This document shows positions 9,146-17,432 of a DNA stretch of 64,000 nucleotides, piece after piece. The DNA lies in the NCBI GenBank assembly GCA_963823745.1, contig CAWGMN010000013.1:38246-102245 (forward strand), read 5' to 3'. Each line of letters starts with the position of its first letter. The stretch's first letter is position 1. The notes under the pieces are model-generated. The model did no database searches. It was not told the DNA's origin and worked only from the letters and a program-made list of their open reading frames with translations. The position numbers were made by a program, and so were the translations under genes. The stretch is from Terriglobia bacterium. Lineage in GTDB: Bacteria > Acidobacteriota > Terriglobia > Terriglobales > Acidobacteriaceae.

Positions 9146-10414
9146 CTAAAGCTTACTTCCGGGTACCGGCTTGACCATTTGAGCAAAATGGCTGTTGGGT
9201 TTCAGATACTGGAAGAACTCGCTGTAAGGAACCAATATCGGGTAACCGCAGCCACGGGTGGCATGCTCCTCTATGTTCAGGGATATCTCTATTCCCTTGT
9301 TAGCCAAATCAAGCTGAATGAACCCATTTACAGGATTTCCGTCCGGACCACGGACAACCACATCATCGCAACCCCCTTCATCTTCTGGGCGGCTCTTATA
9401 GCGGGAGAAATAGAGCTCGCTCAATAATGAATCCAGGGGCTGTACGCCCTTATGCCGGAACCTCTTCACCTTGGCCGGATCAACATCGTCCATGACAAGC
9501 GCATACGGATGAACTTGCTCACCGGTATCCAAATCATAGTAACGCTCGTCGTCTCTTCCTTCGGGATAGGCCCCGCCGCAGTAGAAGAATGCCCGTGGCA
9601 TGATGTCCATTAACTTAGCACTCAAAAACTGCAAATGATACGACTCCTCGGCCTCTCCCTGGGCTGCGCAGTCGGAAACAGCGATGCGGGCCTGCGTGAA
9701 AAGAATTTCCTGCTCGGCATTGATTTTCGCCATGGCGGCGGAGTTTGGAAGCCGGGTAAAGTGCAAGCTGGTCACCTTCAGACCGGGATCGGTCTTCGTA
9801 ACATACGCAACATCAGGGCTTACGTGAACTTCGGGGCTGATCTTCAAGGGAACATCCAGCAGAAGTTGATCGTAGACGGGATGAGTTAGTGTCTGATTCA
9901 CCCAGCCGGAATCCAGATCAAAGAACAGGTCCCTCTCCTTCAAGCCTTTCGCGACTCGCGTTAACGATATATTCAGGCGCGGGTGGTCATGGTCAGGCGG
10001 AGCGGTAAGTTCGCATCTGCAAAACTCGCCGGTTGCATTTTCGCCTTTGAAAGCCAAAAGCCATTCAGCTCCTCCCACGTCATCGGTCGAATCCACGCTG
10101 GGTTTGTTAACCGGCTCGCTTTCATGAAGAAGGAACTTGCCGTCATCTTGTTCCGTTACCTCCAGAGCAATGGAAAGACGATATTTGCGATAGAAATAAC
10201 GCGCAGAGACTGGCTTTTCGGTTTCTGAACTTCCGGATTCCGGTCCGCGGCCGATCGCTAAAACAATCTCCTGCTTCCCCAGTGTGCCCTTGTAGATGCC
10301 TGCAAAAGGCACGTCTTTCGCCTTCTGCGCGGCAATCAGGGGCGCGGCAGATAAAAATAATGCAGCGACCGCCATGGCCCGAATTACTTTCCTGAACAGG
10401 ATGCTCACCAGCAT
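9146..10414 (-). CDS. Secreted DUF3298-like protein, paralog 2
   Basis: Signal peptide ..AVAALFLSAAPLIAAQ. It shares blocks with paralog 1: YKGTLGKQ..ARYFYRKY vs YTGTLGGQ..GRYFYHRH, and AEWLLAFKG..GEFCRCEL vs AEWLLTFKN..GIFCKCKV. Core FFYCGGAYPEG..YYDLDTGEQV, C-terminal ILVPYSEFFQYLKP. Confidence 0.5.
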   Translation of the reverse strand: MLVSILFRKVIRAMAVAALFLSAAPLIAAQKAKDVPFAGIYKGTLGKQEIVLAIGRGPESGSSETEKPVSARYFYRKYRLSIALEVTEQDDGKFLLHESEPVNKPSVDSTDDVGGAEWLLAFKGENATGEFCRCELTAPPDHDHPRLNISLTRVAKGLKERDLFFDLDSGWVNQTLTHPVYDQLLLDVPLKISPEVHVSPDVAYVTKTDPGLKVTSLHFTRLPNSAAMAKINAEQEILFTQARIAVSDCAAQGEAEESYHLQFLSAKLMDIMPRAFFYCGGAYPEGRDDERYYDLDTGEQVHPYALVMDDVDPAKVKRFRHKGVQPLDSLLSELYFSRYKSRPEDEGGCDDVVVRGPDGNPVNGFIQLDLANKGIEISLNIEEHATRGCGYPILVPYSEFFQYLKPNSHFAQMVKPVPGSKL

Positions 10415-10621
10415 TCTTCCCTCTCATACGTAGCGGCTTTCGCCAAATTCCACTCCACTTGCAGCAGAAGAATAGCAATCAGACGGCCACTCAGAAAAGA
10501 GTTGTTTACCGCCTGTTTTTGGGAATTCCGTGTATGGGGTGACACGCGGCTGTGTGTACGATGACACGCTGCCTGGAATCCATTGGTTGTTTCGTTGCTC
10601 CGGTTCCGGACAAACGCCCGC

Positions 10622-10966
10622 TTACTGTGGCCTGGTATTCGCAGGGTTGGCCTGTACATTTCTTTGGTTCGGTGACTTCGATGCTGCCGGTTGGTTGGTG
10701 TTCGCCGCCTTTGTTTTGGCGGCTTGCTCCTGCTTCTTTCTGGCGCTCACTGCCTGCTGTTTCTGAGCGTCCAGGGCATTGATCTTTCTAAACAGAGTGT
10801 GGGCATACTGGTCCTGTAATTTCTCGAATGCCTGGCGCTGCGCCGGATTCAAAGCCGACATGCTGGTATTCAGATCGAGGCCAAGCTTGTCTTTCAACGC
10901 GCCCATGAAAGCGCCCTTCTGCTCAAACGGATCTATCTCAGTCCAGATATTTGCAACTTGTCCCAC
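10622..10966 (-). CDS. Hypothetical small protein with a Gln/Ala/Lys-rich tail
   Basis: 114 aa ORF starting 8 nt after the stop of the GH19-domain gene, on the same strand. No family recognised. Confidence 0.4.
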   Translation of the reverse strand: MGQVANIWTEIDPFEQKGAFMGALKDKLGLDLNTSMSALNPAQRQAFEKLQDQYAHTLFRKINALDAQKQQAVSARKKQEQAAKTKAANTNQPAASKSPNQRNVQANPANTRPQ

Positions 10967-10973
10967 AGTAATA

Positions 10974-12272
10974 TCAGGGTTCTTCGGCGGTAGCTTTCAT
11001 GACTTTCGTATATTGGTTTCCAACAGCGAAAGCCGGCAGGAAGCTGCCCATGCCGTTGAATCCGCCATTCACTACTTTTCTGGTCAGCGCAAGTGGATCT
11101 TTTTCCAGCTCCGACTTGTAATCCAGATGCTCATCATTCAGATCTTTCAGAGTGCGTATGTAAAGGTTCAACGACTTCTGCGAATCGAAGCCCTGCTGCC
11201 GAAGAGCTTTGGCCTGCTCTGGTCTGGCCGCCAGATGGTCTTTGAGGAATTGAGCAAAAATAAGCGAAGCAACTTTTGGATCGTCAGCAAGTTCTGGATG
11301 GCCGAGCAGGTCAATACCCAACTTCCTGCCCATCTCCTGATAATTCGCGCGTCCGGTAAGCTGCACGAACCCTCGTCCTTTGTAGCGCTCTCCGTCTCCT
11401 TTTTGTGTGTTTCCAATGCCTGCCTTGAAGTCATATAGATCGAATGGATGGTGGCCGGGCGTTTCCGGTGTGCTGGTATTGGGGTAGCGATGGGCCGGGT
11501 TATCGTCCATTCTCTCGTCTACCGGGGTGAAAGCTGAGCTCTCGGCATTGATGGTGGCAAAGATGTAGGGCATTATCTCCGAATCTGGAATACCGAGATT
11601 CGCCTTTTTCACGGCATCAACAATATTGGGCAAATATTTCGTTACATTGTCCCGGCTGGCTCCGGGAACACTCAGTTGCGCCATTCGTGTTATCTCTGGC
11701 GTAGAACCCGAAAACGTTAGCGACTGCCGCATGTTCGCAGGCAAGGCATTCCTGGAAATATCTTTGACCTGAGCACGGTTGCTTCCGGGCTTCTGGTTCT
11801 GTATAGGCTGCGGACTGGCCCCGCTTGATGAATCCCCGTCTGAGGCAACAGAACGGCCTCCCAGAAAAGCCGGCAGGGGCACATCCATATCCTTGGACCG
11901 CTGTATCCGCGAGGGCAGCGCCACCTGCGCTTTCATGTCTACGATTTCGGGCGTAGATCGCTGGGTGGCGGCCAGAATGCGCTGTGCAAGATTCGATCCA
12001 GTTTTGCCGCCTTGCGGGGAACTGTCCCCTGGCGTTGGAGTCTGCTCATTGGCCGCACTGGTGGCGGCAGAAGTTGCTGTAGCATCATCGGCCGCATAGG
12101 GCCTGCGGCCCATCTGCGCGATCTTCATTCCCAGCGAGTTCGGATCAGCAGGATCACCTTCGGCAGTGGCATCGCTATTGGCATCGGCGTCATCAAGCAG
12201 GCCGGGACGTCGGCCGCGCAGCTTCAACATGGACTGCATGTCCTGGTCATTGGCAAGGTCATCAAAGGGCAT
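10974..12272 (-). CDS. Phage protein with a C-terminal glycoside hydrolase family 19 (lysozyme/chitinase-like) domain
   Basis: It has the GH19 catalytic-region signature GDGERYKGRGFVQLTGRANYQEMG. The start is placed at M56 of ORF 10974..12437 (ATG 12272-12270), which has a GGAG 8 nt upstream and avoids overlap with the portal gene. The N-terminal roughly 280 aa are Ser/Pro/Ala/Asp-rich. Confidence 0.7.
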   Translation of the reverse strand: MPFDDLANDQDMQSMLKLRGRRPGLLDDADANSDATAEGDPADPNSLGMKIAQMGRRPYAADDATATSAATSAANEQTPTPGDSSPQGGKTGSNLAQRILAATQRSTPEIVDMKAQVALPSRIQRSKDMDVPLPAFLGGRSVASDGDSSSGASPQPIQNQKPGSNRAQVKDISRNALPANMRQSLTFSGSTPEITRMAQLSVPGASRDNVTKYLPNIVDAVKKANLGIPDSEIMPYIFATINAESSAFTPVDERMDDNPAHRYPNTSTPETPGHHPFDLYDFKAGIGNTQKGDGERYKGRGFVQLTGRANYQEMGRKLGIDLLGHPELADDPKVASLIFAQFLKDHLAARPEQAKALRQQGFDSQKSLNLYIRTLKDLNDEHLDYKSELEKDPLALTRKVVNGGFNGMGSFLPAFAVGNQYTKVMKATAEEP

Positions 12273-12372
12273 AAGAATGGCTCCGAAAAAGTTTGGAATT
12301 GCCAGCAGACGTGCCGCGCCGGCACACACAATCAGAATTGCGGTGAATCTGTGAGAATCAGTTCGAACCGTG

Positions 12373-14079
12373 TCATCCGTGCTGAGGTCTTGGAGGCGGA
12401 GCGGGCGGCTGCTGTTTCTGCGCCTGCTCCGTGCCATATTGCACGGCCAGCTTGTAATACAGCACCACGTTCCTGAAGCCGTCGGGCGCTTCGTGCTGCT
12501 TGTCGAAATTCTTTTGCGCCCAGTGGCGAACTGTCTTGACGATCACATCCATATCGTCGAGCGTCTTGTCAGGCTGAATCGAAGGCAGCTCGATCAAACT
12601 CTTTCCAGTCTGCGGATGCAGCGGCCCGGCAGCTACCGGCTTCTGTTCCATCAACACATCGAGAATGCGCAGCACTTTGTTGCGCATGTCGCGTCCGGGC
12701 ACAACCAGTCCCGGCACGCCCACGGTCTGCGCCGCCTGCTCCTGGTTGGCAGGATCTTCCATGACCGACTGCGCGAACGGGTTCTTTTCCGCCTGCTGGA
12801 TCATGTTCATCCAGAAGTCGCGCATCTCTGATGCGCTCATGGGGAAGCCCTGGTCGGTTTCCGGCAACGCATGCACGCTGCCCTGAAGCTCATCGAGGCG
12901 CACATACTGGTTGCGATACTCGCCGGTCTGGTCGGCAATCACCGAGATCAGATCGTCGGTCATGTTGGCCTGCGCGCATTCCACTGCGACTTCAGCGGCC
13001 TGGGCATGCTCTTCGCGAATGTTGTCCCAGAAGAGTGACAGCTTGCCCATGGCGGTGGATAGCTGCTGTTCCTGCCCACCCTTGGTCTCAATGTGCGGAT
13101 CACCTGCGCCTCCAAATACCTGGGGCGGCGTGCCCGAAATCAACTGCGCGGTAAAAACAAGCTGCTGCTGGTAGCTGTAGATATTGGCGTCAATCTCGGC
13201 CTTGATCTGCACAATGGCATCTTCGAGGCGGTTGCCCATGGCCGAAGCGGTCTGCTTCATCTTGACGCCGTTCAACATGCCGGGCGCCATGGACTTGCCA
13301 TGAAAGGCCTCACCGTCAATCAAATTGGAGTTGTAGAGCACGATGCCCGCGGCAATGCGGTTCATATATTCATGGGTAATGTTCGAGGCATCGTTGATGC
13401 GCTCCTGCACAGGGATGGCCGCATCGCCCACCGCCGGCGGGTACAGGCCGAAAGTTTCCTGCACCGTGCCCGCCCACGTCCACTCGTCGGTGAGCCGCGC
13501 GTCGCGGGCTTCCAGAAACAGATCGCCTACGTTCACCAGCAGGCATCCGCGGGGAAAGATTTCCTTGAGCTTGAGCGCGGTGTTCTTGTCGTCTACGGCG
13601 TTGAATGCCCACGGCTGGATCCATGTGCGGGACAGCGTGGGCATCATGTCCTGTATGAAGCTCGACTGCGACCCTTCTTCCGAATAGATCATCTGCCGCG
13701 CCATGCGCTCGTTTTGCGCCTCGGACAGCATGGGACCGAGCGATCCTTTCAGCGATTCCCACTGCTCCGGATACGAAGCGCGCAGCGACGAAAGGTCCAC
13801 TTCTTCATCCACGTTGAGAATGGGAGTCTCGCGCAGGTTCTTGGCATAAGGCGCGGAATCCACCATGAGCGGCGAATACAAAGTCATGGCCACCATGCCG
13901 TTGGGGACATCTTCACTCTGAGCCGCTACCGGAATCTCAGCCGTCTCGGCAGGATAGAAATCATGGTCGCCTAGTTCGTTTCCGCATTGAGGGCATTGTT
14001 GGGGCAAAGCGGCCGCTTGATGGACTGTATCTGATCCAGCCTGGTTTTCTCCGTGCCTGAGTGTCTCGGTGGTTGGCAT
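12373..14079 (-). CDS. Portal-like protein, C-terminal segment (frame-broken from 13961..14773)
   Basis: 568 aa. The size, a Q/E-rich helical stretch, the ISGTPPQVFGGAGDP loop and its position in the structural cluster fit a portal. The N-terminus carries CPQCG, the second half of a zinc ribbon whose first half lies in the upstream segment. Confidence 0.55.
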   Translation of the reverse strand: MPTTETLRHGENQAGSDTVHQAAALPQQCPQCGNELGDHDFYPAETAEIPVAAQSEDVPNGMVAMTLYSPLMVDSAPYAKNLRETPILNVDEEVDLSSLRASYPEQWESLKGSLGPMLSEAQNERMARQMIYSEEGSQSSFIQDMMPTLSRTWIQPWAFNAVDDKNTALKLKEIFPRGCLLVNVGDLFLEARDARLTDEWTWAGTVQETFGLYPPAVGDAAIPVQERINDASNITHEYMNRIAAGIVLYNSNLIDGEAFHGKSMAPGMLNGVKMKQTASAMGNRLEDAIVQIKAEIDANIYSYQQQLVFTAQLISGTPPQVFGGAGDPHIETKGGQEQQLSTAMGKLSLFWDNIREEHAQAAEVAVECAQANMTDDLISVIADQTGEYRNQYVRLDELQGSVHALPETDQGFPMSASEMRDFWMNMIQQAEKNPFAQSVMEDPANQEQAAQTVGVPGLVVPGRDMRNKVLRILDVLMEQKPVAAGPLHPQTGKSLIELPSIQPDKTLDDMDVIVKTVRHWAQKNFDKQHEAPDGFRNVVLYYKLAVQYGTEQAQKQQPPAPPPRPQHG

Positions 14080-14773
14080 TTACATGAGAGCAATTGCTGC
14101 ATACATACCGCGCCGGCATCACCGTGACCGACTGCACTTTGACCAGCGGCTCGCGATGCGTGCCGGCGCGGTCTCCGTCTACTACATAGCGCGTATGGCG
14201 GAAGTAGCAGCCTGACATCCACAGAAACAGCAGCCCCTGTTTGTGCAGAGACTTGATCTTGTTCTGCCGCTCGATGATCTCCTGAATGCGCGACGCGGCT
14301 TTGGCGGTGGCAATGTCTTCTTCGCGCTCGGCGTTCTCCGGCAGAAAGCGCGTCTTGGGCATCTGCGCCGAAAGCGCCGCCACAAACGCAAAGCCCAGCA
14401 TCTGGTAAAAGTTGGTGGCGAACTGGTAGAGGTTCTGGTCTTCCATGTCGCCGTTGCCGGCGAAGGTGGCCTCTACAGCGTCAAACCATTGGAACGATTC
14501 CGGATCGAAGCTGATGAAGTGGTTGCCTTTGAAGAATTCATAGGCCTTGAGCACCCGCTTCACGATCATGCGCCGCCGCAGAAACCACGACTGCTTATAC
14601 TTGCGCACCAGTTGAATCAGCTCTTTCTGCTCGGAATCGGTAAGCTGCTCGGGCTTCGATTCCTTGTGGCGTTGAGGATCGTCGGCCGTGCGCTCCTGGC
14701 CGTGAGGACGATGATAAGAAGGATTATTCATGATGGAGGTCAAAACAGTTTTCCCGCTGATTGGTGAGATCAA
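13961..14773 (-). CDS. Portal-like protein, N-terminal segment
   Basis: Protein-like up to ..VKVQSVTVMPARYVCSNCSHV, then nonsense. Removing one base of the T3 run 14079-14081 joins it in frame to MPTTETLRHGEN.. of ORF 12373..14079. The probable start is MNNPSY at 14731. Confidence 0.55.
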   Translation of the reverse strand: MISPISGKTVLTSIMNNPSYHRPHGQERTADDPQRHKESKPEQLTDSEQKELIQLVRKYKQSWFLRRRMIVKRVLKAYEFFKGNHFISFDPESFQWFDAVEATFAGNGDMEDQNLYQFATNFYQMLGFAFVAALSAQMPKTRFLPENAEREEDIATAKAASRIQEIIERQNKIKSLHKQGLLFLWMSGCYFRHTRYVVDGDRAGTHREPLVKVQSVTVMPARYVCSNCSHVNANHRDTQARRKPGWIRYSPSSGRFAPTMPSMRKRTRRP

Positions 14774-14860
14774 AAAGCAGTTCTTACCGCTGATTTACAT
14801 GCGAAGATAGTTCTTACCGCTGATTACGCTGATAAACGCTGATTAAAGAATTGGGTTGGC

Positions 14861-14916
14861 TAGAAGCTAGAAGCCAGAAGCTAGGAGCCAGAAGCTACGA
14901 GCTAGAAGCTAGGACT
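14861..14916. repeat. Heptanucleotide array, 8 units
   Basis: TAGAAGC TAGAAGC CAGAAGC TAGGAGC CAGAAGC TACGAGC TAGAAGC TAGGACT. Confidence 0.9.
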
Positions 14917-14950
14917 AATCCGTCATTGTTCACTCAAGTTCTTTCGTTGT

Positions 14951-15053
14951 GCGTAACCGAATCCCGGAGGGATGACATTTTTGAGCCCAGCACGTGAGTG
15001 CTGGGAAGCAGAAGATACGAATCGAGTCCCGCCAGGGACGGCATAAGGTTTTT
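14951..15053. repeat. Modular hairpin repeat, family A, copy 1
   Basis: Modules are ATCCC-GGA-GGGAT, then CCCAGCAC-GTGA-GTGCTGGG (14986-15005), then GTCCC-GCCA-GGGAC followed by GGCATAAG. It is near-identical to 27850..27953. Confidence 0.85.
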
Positions 15054-15103
15054 ACGTACGTCAACAGCAGTTCTTACCGCTGATTATTAACGCTGATCAA
15101 GAA

Positions 15104-15145
15104 TTGGCTTGAAGCTAGTAGCTAGAAGCTAGCAGCTAGCAGCTA
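15104..15145. repeat. Heptanucleotide array, 6 units
   Basis: TTGGCTT GAAGCTA GTAGCTA GAAGCTA GCAGCTA GCAGCTA. It supplies the TAG stop (15136-15138, minus strand) of the adjacent small ORF. Confidence 0.85.
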
Positions 15146-15482
15146 TCTTTCATCATTTTCTGTCGCTCGGCTTCGGCGGCTTTGCCCGGACGCACCCTGC
15201 GCAGCCAGCGATCTTCCGCCAGGCGATCTTGCCTGCGCATGATCGCGCTCGGACGCATCGGCACCGCCGGTTGCGCGCGCTGCTCTTCTCTTTGCCGGGC
15301 TCTTCGGGCGCAGCGCCTGGCAGTGGGGAGAAAAGCGGAGCGCCAATGCCCAGCAGGCAAATCTTGTCCCACAGAAGACGGCGCTCCGCCTCAAGTTCTC
15401 GGATACGCTGGTCCTTGGCATCAATCAGGCGCGCCCACAATTGGCATTCGGCGTTATGGCGAGAACGGGAGATGAAAAACAT
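15136..15482 (-). CDS. Hypothetical small protein with a probable frame break
   Basis: The N-terminal part MFFISRSRHNAECQLWARLIDAKDQRIRELEAERRLLWDKI.. comes from ORF 15153..15482. The C-terminal part ..EEQRAQPAVPMRPSAIMRRQDRLAEDRWLRRVRPGKAAEAERQKMMKDSC comes from ORF 15136..15372. The junction is near an A/G-rich run. Confidence 0.35.
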
Positions 15483-15486
15483 AATA

Positions 15487-15521
15487 TAGCTTCTAGCTCC
15501 TGGCTGCTAGCTTCTAGCTAA
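15487..15521. repeat. Heptanucleotide array, 5 units
   Basis: TAGCTTC TAGCTCC TGGCTGC TAGCTTC TAGCTAA. Confidence 0.85.
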
Positions 15522-15593
15522 AGCAAATGTGCTGTTCTAAAAGCTTCTTGGATTTCTATGTTGATTATTGCGATGTAGCTGTGGTTATTGAGA

Positions 15594-15635
15594 CAAAAGC
15601 TAACAGCTAGAAGCTAGCGGCTAGCAGCTATTCAA
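15594..15635. repeat. Heptanucleotide array, 6 units
   Basis: CAAAAGC TAACAGC TAGAAGC TAGCGGC TAGCAGC TATTCAA. It contains the TAG stop of ORF 15628..15987. Confidence 0.85.
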
Positions 15636-15987
15636 TTTCCGTCACTCTTAACGTCGTGCCGGTCACTGTCTTTGACTTCACCTTGATATACGTTGTCGCC
15701 GGAATGGTGGCGCCGCCGGTGTTCTGGGCGGGCAGGCCCAACAGGTTGCCGCGCCCTTGAGCGTGGGCAACCACGTTGCCGAGCACGATCTGCGGCTGGT
15801 CGGGTCCTGCCGGTGTTCCGCAGACAAAGGTCGCGGTAAAGTTGTCTTCCGGCTTCTGGTATTGCAGCCCCTGCGCGGTCACCGATTCGTCTTCACGCAG
15901 TTCCACGCGGCGGGCCGGAATCGTAGACGGAATCGTAGTAAATGCTCCGGCGCTTCCGTTCAAAGTGTAGAGGGTTGTCTTGGGCAT
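15628..15987 (-). CDS. Hypothetical small beta-rich phage-cluster protein
   Basis: 119 aa with an AGGAAG SD-like element 4-5 nt upstream. Thr/Gly/Val-rich. Bracketed by heptad arrays. Confidence 0.5.
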   Translation of the reverse strand: MPKTTLYTLNGSAGAFTTIPSTIPARRVELREDESVTAQGLQYQKPEDNFTATFVCGTPAGPDQPQIVLGNVVAHAQGRGNLLGLPAQNTGGATIPATTYIKVKSKTVTGTTLRVTEIE

Positions 15988-16191
15988 GATAGCTTCCTGA
16001 TATCGAATGTCGAAGTGAAAAGCAAAAGCGATCTGGTTTTACCACTCCCAGCACTGCGCGACCCGCCATGCGTAAACGGGTGCGTGTCGGGACCATAGCG
16101 CAGTGCCGGGCTTGGGCGGCCACAAAATGGATCTGAACCTCGGGACCATTGTGCTAACCGTTCTGAGATCAGGCCGGTTACTTCGCCGGTT

Positions 16192-16572
16192 CTACATCAA
16201 GAGATTGAGCAGGTCGGCAAAATTGGACGTGATGCTGGTGACCGCCTGTTCAAAGAGGCTTTCATTCTTCACGCTTTTGCCGGCCAGCAGTTCCGACGAG
16301 CGAATGATGTTGCCCACCAGCGGAGCGGCCGCTTTGAGCTTGTCCGCGCCGGTCTTGGCGTTGGGATCGGCCTGCGCCGCCTGGAACGCTCCTTCAATGC
16401 TGGTAATCACGCCGCCAATGGCGCCGATCTCACCAGCCACGGCCTTCACCGTCTGGTTATTGGGATTGGCAGCAGCTACGGCGCCGGCTACCGCTGACGC
16501 CAGAGGCGCTGCCTGCGCTCCCACGCCGGCAATGCGGGCCAGCACTCCGCCTAACTTCTTGAGAAAATTCAT
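16192..16572 (-). CDS. Hypothetical Ala/Gly-rich protein
   Basis: 126 aa with an AAGGAGAG SD upstream. It has a hydrophobic Ala/Gly-rich N-terminal half (GVGAQAAPLASAVAGAVAAA). Confidence 0.5.
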   Translation of the reverse strand: MNFLKKLGGVLARIAGVGAQAAPLASAVAGAVAAANPNNQTVKAVAGEIGAIGGVITSIEGAFQAAQADPNAKTGADKLKAAAPLVGNIIRSSELLAGKSVKNESLFEQAVTSITSNFADLLNLLM

Positions 16573-16593
16573 GAGTGTTATCTCTCCTTGTAT

Positions 16594-16794
16594 TCAGGTG
16601 TTGCCGCCTCGATCAGGCGGTTGATCTTTGGCGGCCTGCATCTTCATGAGCAGGGCGCCAATAATGGTGCCTACAATTCCGCTGGCCCACTTGAACCCGT
16701 CCTCGGGCGCTCCGTGTTTGAGCATCCAGATGGCGAGCGCGGCAAAGAAAATGGCCAGCGCAGACAAAAGCAGTTCGTTGAAGTGTGATTTCAT
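16594..16794 (-). CDS. Small two-TM membrane protein (holin-like by size and topology only)
   Basis: 66 aa with two hydrophobic segments (LLLSALAIFFAALAIWML and IVGTIIGALLM) and a charged C-terminus. Confidence 0.4.
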   Translation of the reverse strand: MKSHFNELLLSALAIFFAALAIWMLKHGAPEDGFKWASGIVGTIIGALLMKMQAAKDQPPDRGGNT

Positions 16795-16810
16795 GGGGGT
16801 AAAAGCGGCT

Positions 16811-16936
16811 ATTGGCTGTTGGCTGTTGGCTCTTAGCTTTTGGCTCTTGGCTTGTGGCGTGAGCCGTTAGCTGTTAGCAATGAGCTTTTCGTTCTTCGTT
16901 TTTGCTTTTCGGTTTGGCTTCTGAAGCTAGCAGCTA
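16811..16936. repeat. Heptanucleotide array, about 18 units
   Basis: ATTGGCT GTTGGCT GTTGGCT CTTAGCT TTTGGCT CTTGGCT TGTGGCG TGAGCCG TTAGCTG TTAGCAA TGAGCTT ... GAAGCTA GCAGCTA. It ends on the TAG stop of ORF 16934..17224. Confidence 0.8.
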
Positions 16937-17224
16937 GTGGTGATATTTCTCTTCTTCATCGCGGTAATGGTCGAGCTTGTTCTCGATGCGGTCTACGGTG
17001 TGCTTCACCTCGTCCATCTCGCGGCGTGTGGCTGAGCTGTTTTCCAGCAACTCAAGGCGTCGTTCGTGGTCCTGGGCAACGTCTTGCGCGTGCTGCGAAC
17101 TGGACTTATAGCCGCCGAACCAGACCACGGCGGCCATGACCATAGTCCCGATAAAACTCAAAAGGCCGCCTACATGGGGCCGCAGGTGATCAAAGAGTGT
17201 GCCAGGGGTAGAAGCATGGCTCAT
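16934..17224 (-). CDS. Single-TM protein with a coiled-coil tail
   Basis: 96 aa with a TM segment GGLLSFIGTMVMAAVVWFGGY followed by a charged helical region (RRLELLENSSATRREMDEVKHTVDRIENKLDHYRDEEE). An AAGGAC SD-like element lies upstream. Confidence 0.5.
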   Translation of the reverse strand: MSHASTPGTLFDHLRPHVGGLLSFIGTMVMAAVVWFGGYKSSSQHAQDVAQDHERRLELLENSSATRREMDEVKHTVDRIENKLDHYRDEEEKYHH

Positions 17225-17432
17225 GGTGTTCTGTCCTTAAAATGTCGGGGTATAATGGGTCAATCTGCTACAAACAGGAGTGATGGGTGCTTCTCTGGAT
17301 ATTGGGAATCTTGTTCTTCGGGGTCTTCATACTGCCGTTCTTACTGGCTGGCGGATTGAAGCTTGTTTTTAGCGCCCTGCCTGAGTCGAGAAGAATTGAA
17401 ACTTTAATTCGCTGGTTGCCTTAATACCGCTA

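Noticed and set aside
599-14081. Programmed ribosomal frameshifts in phage genes (the hypothetical gene at about 600 and the portal at about 14080)
   Set aside because: There is no slippery heptamer plus structure. The same kind of break occurs in kinase, transferase, flippase and adhesin genes, pointing to indel errors.
14951-15053. TCGAATCCCGGAGGG in family A repeats, which resembles a tRNA T-arm
   Set aside because: No acceptor stem, D-arm or anticodon arm can be drawn. The same string recurs at 27850-27953 as part of a repeat family.
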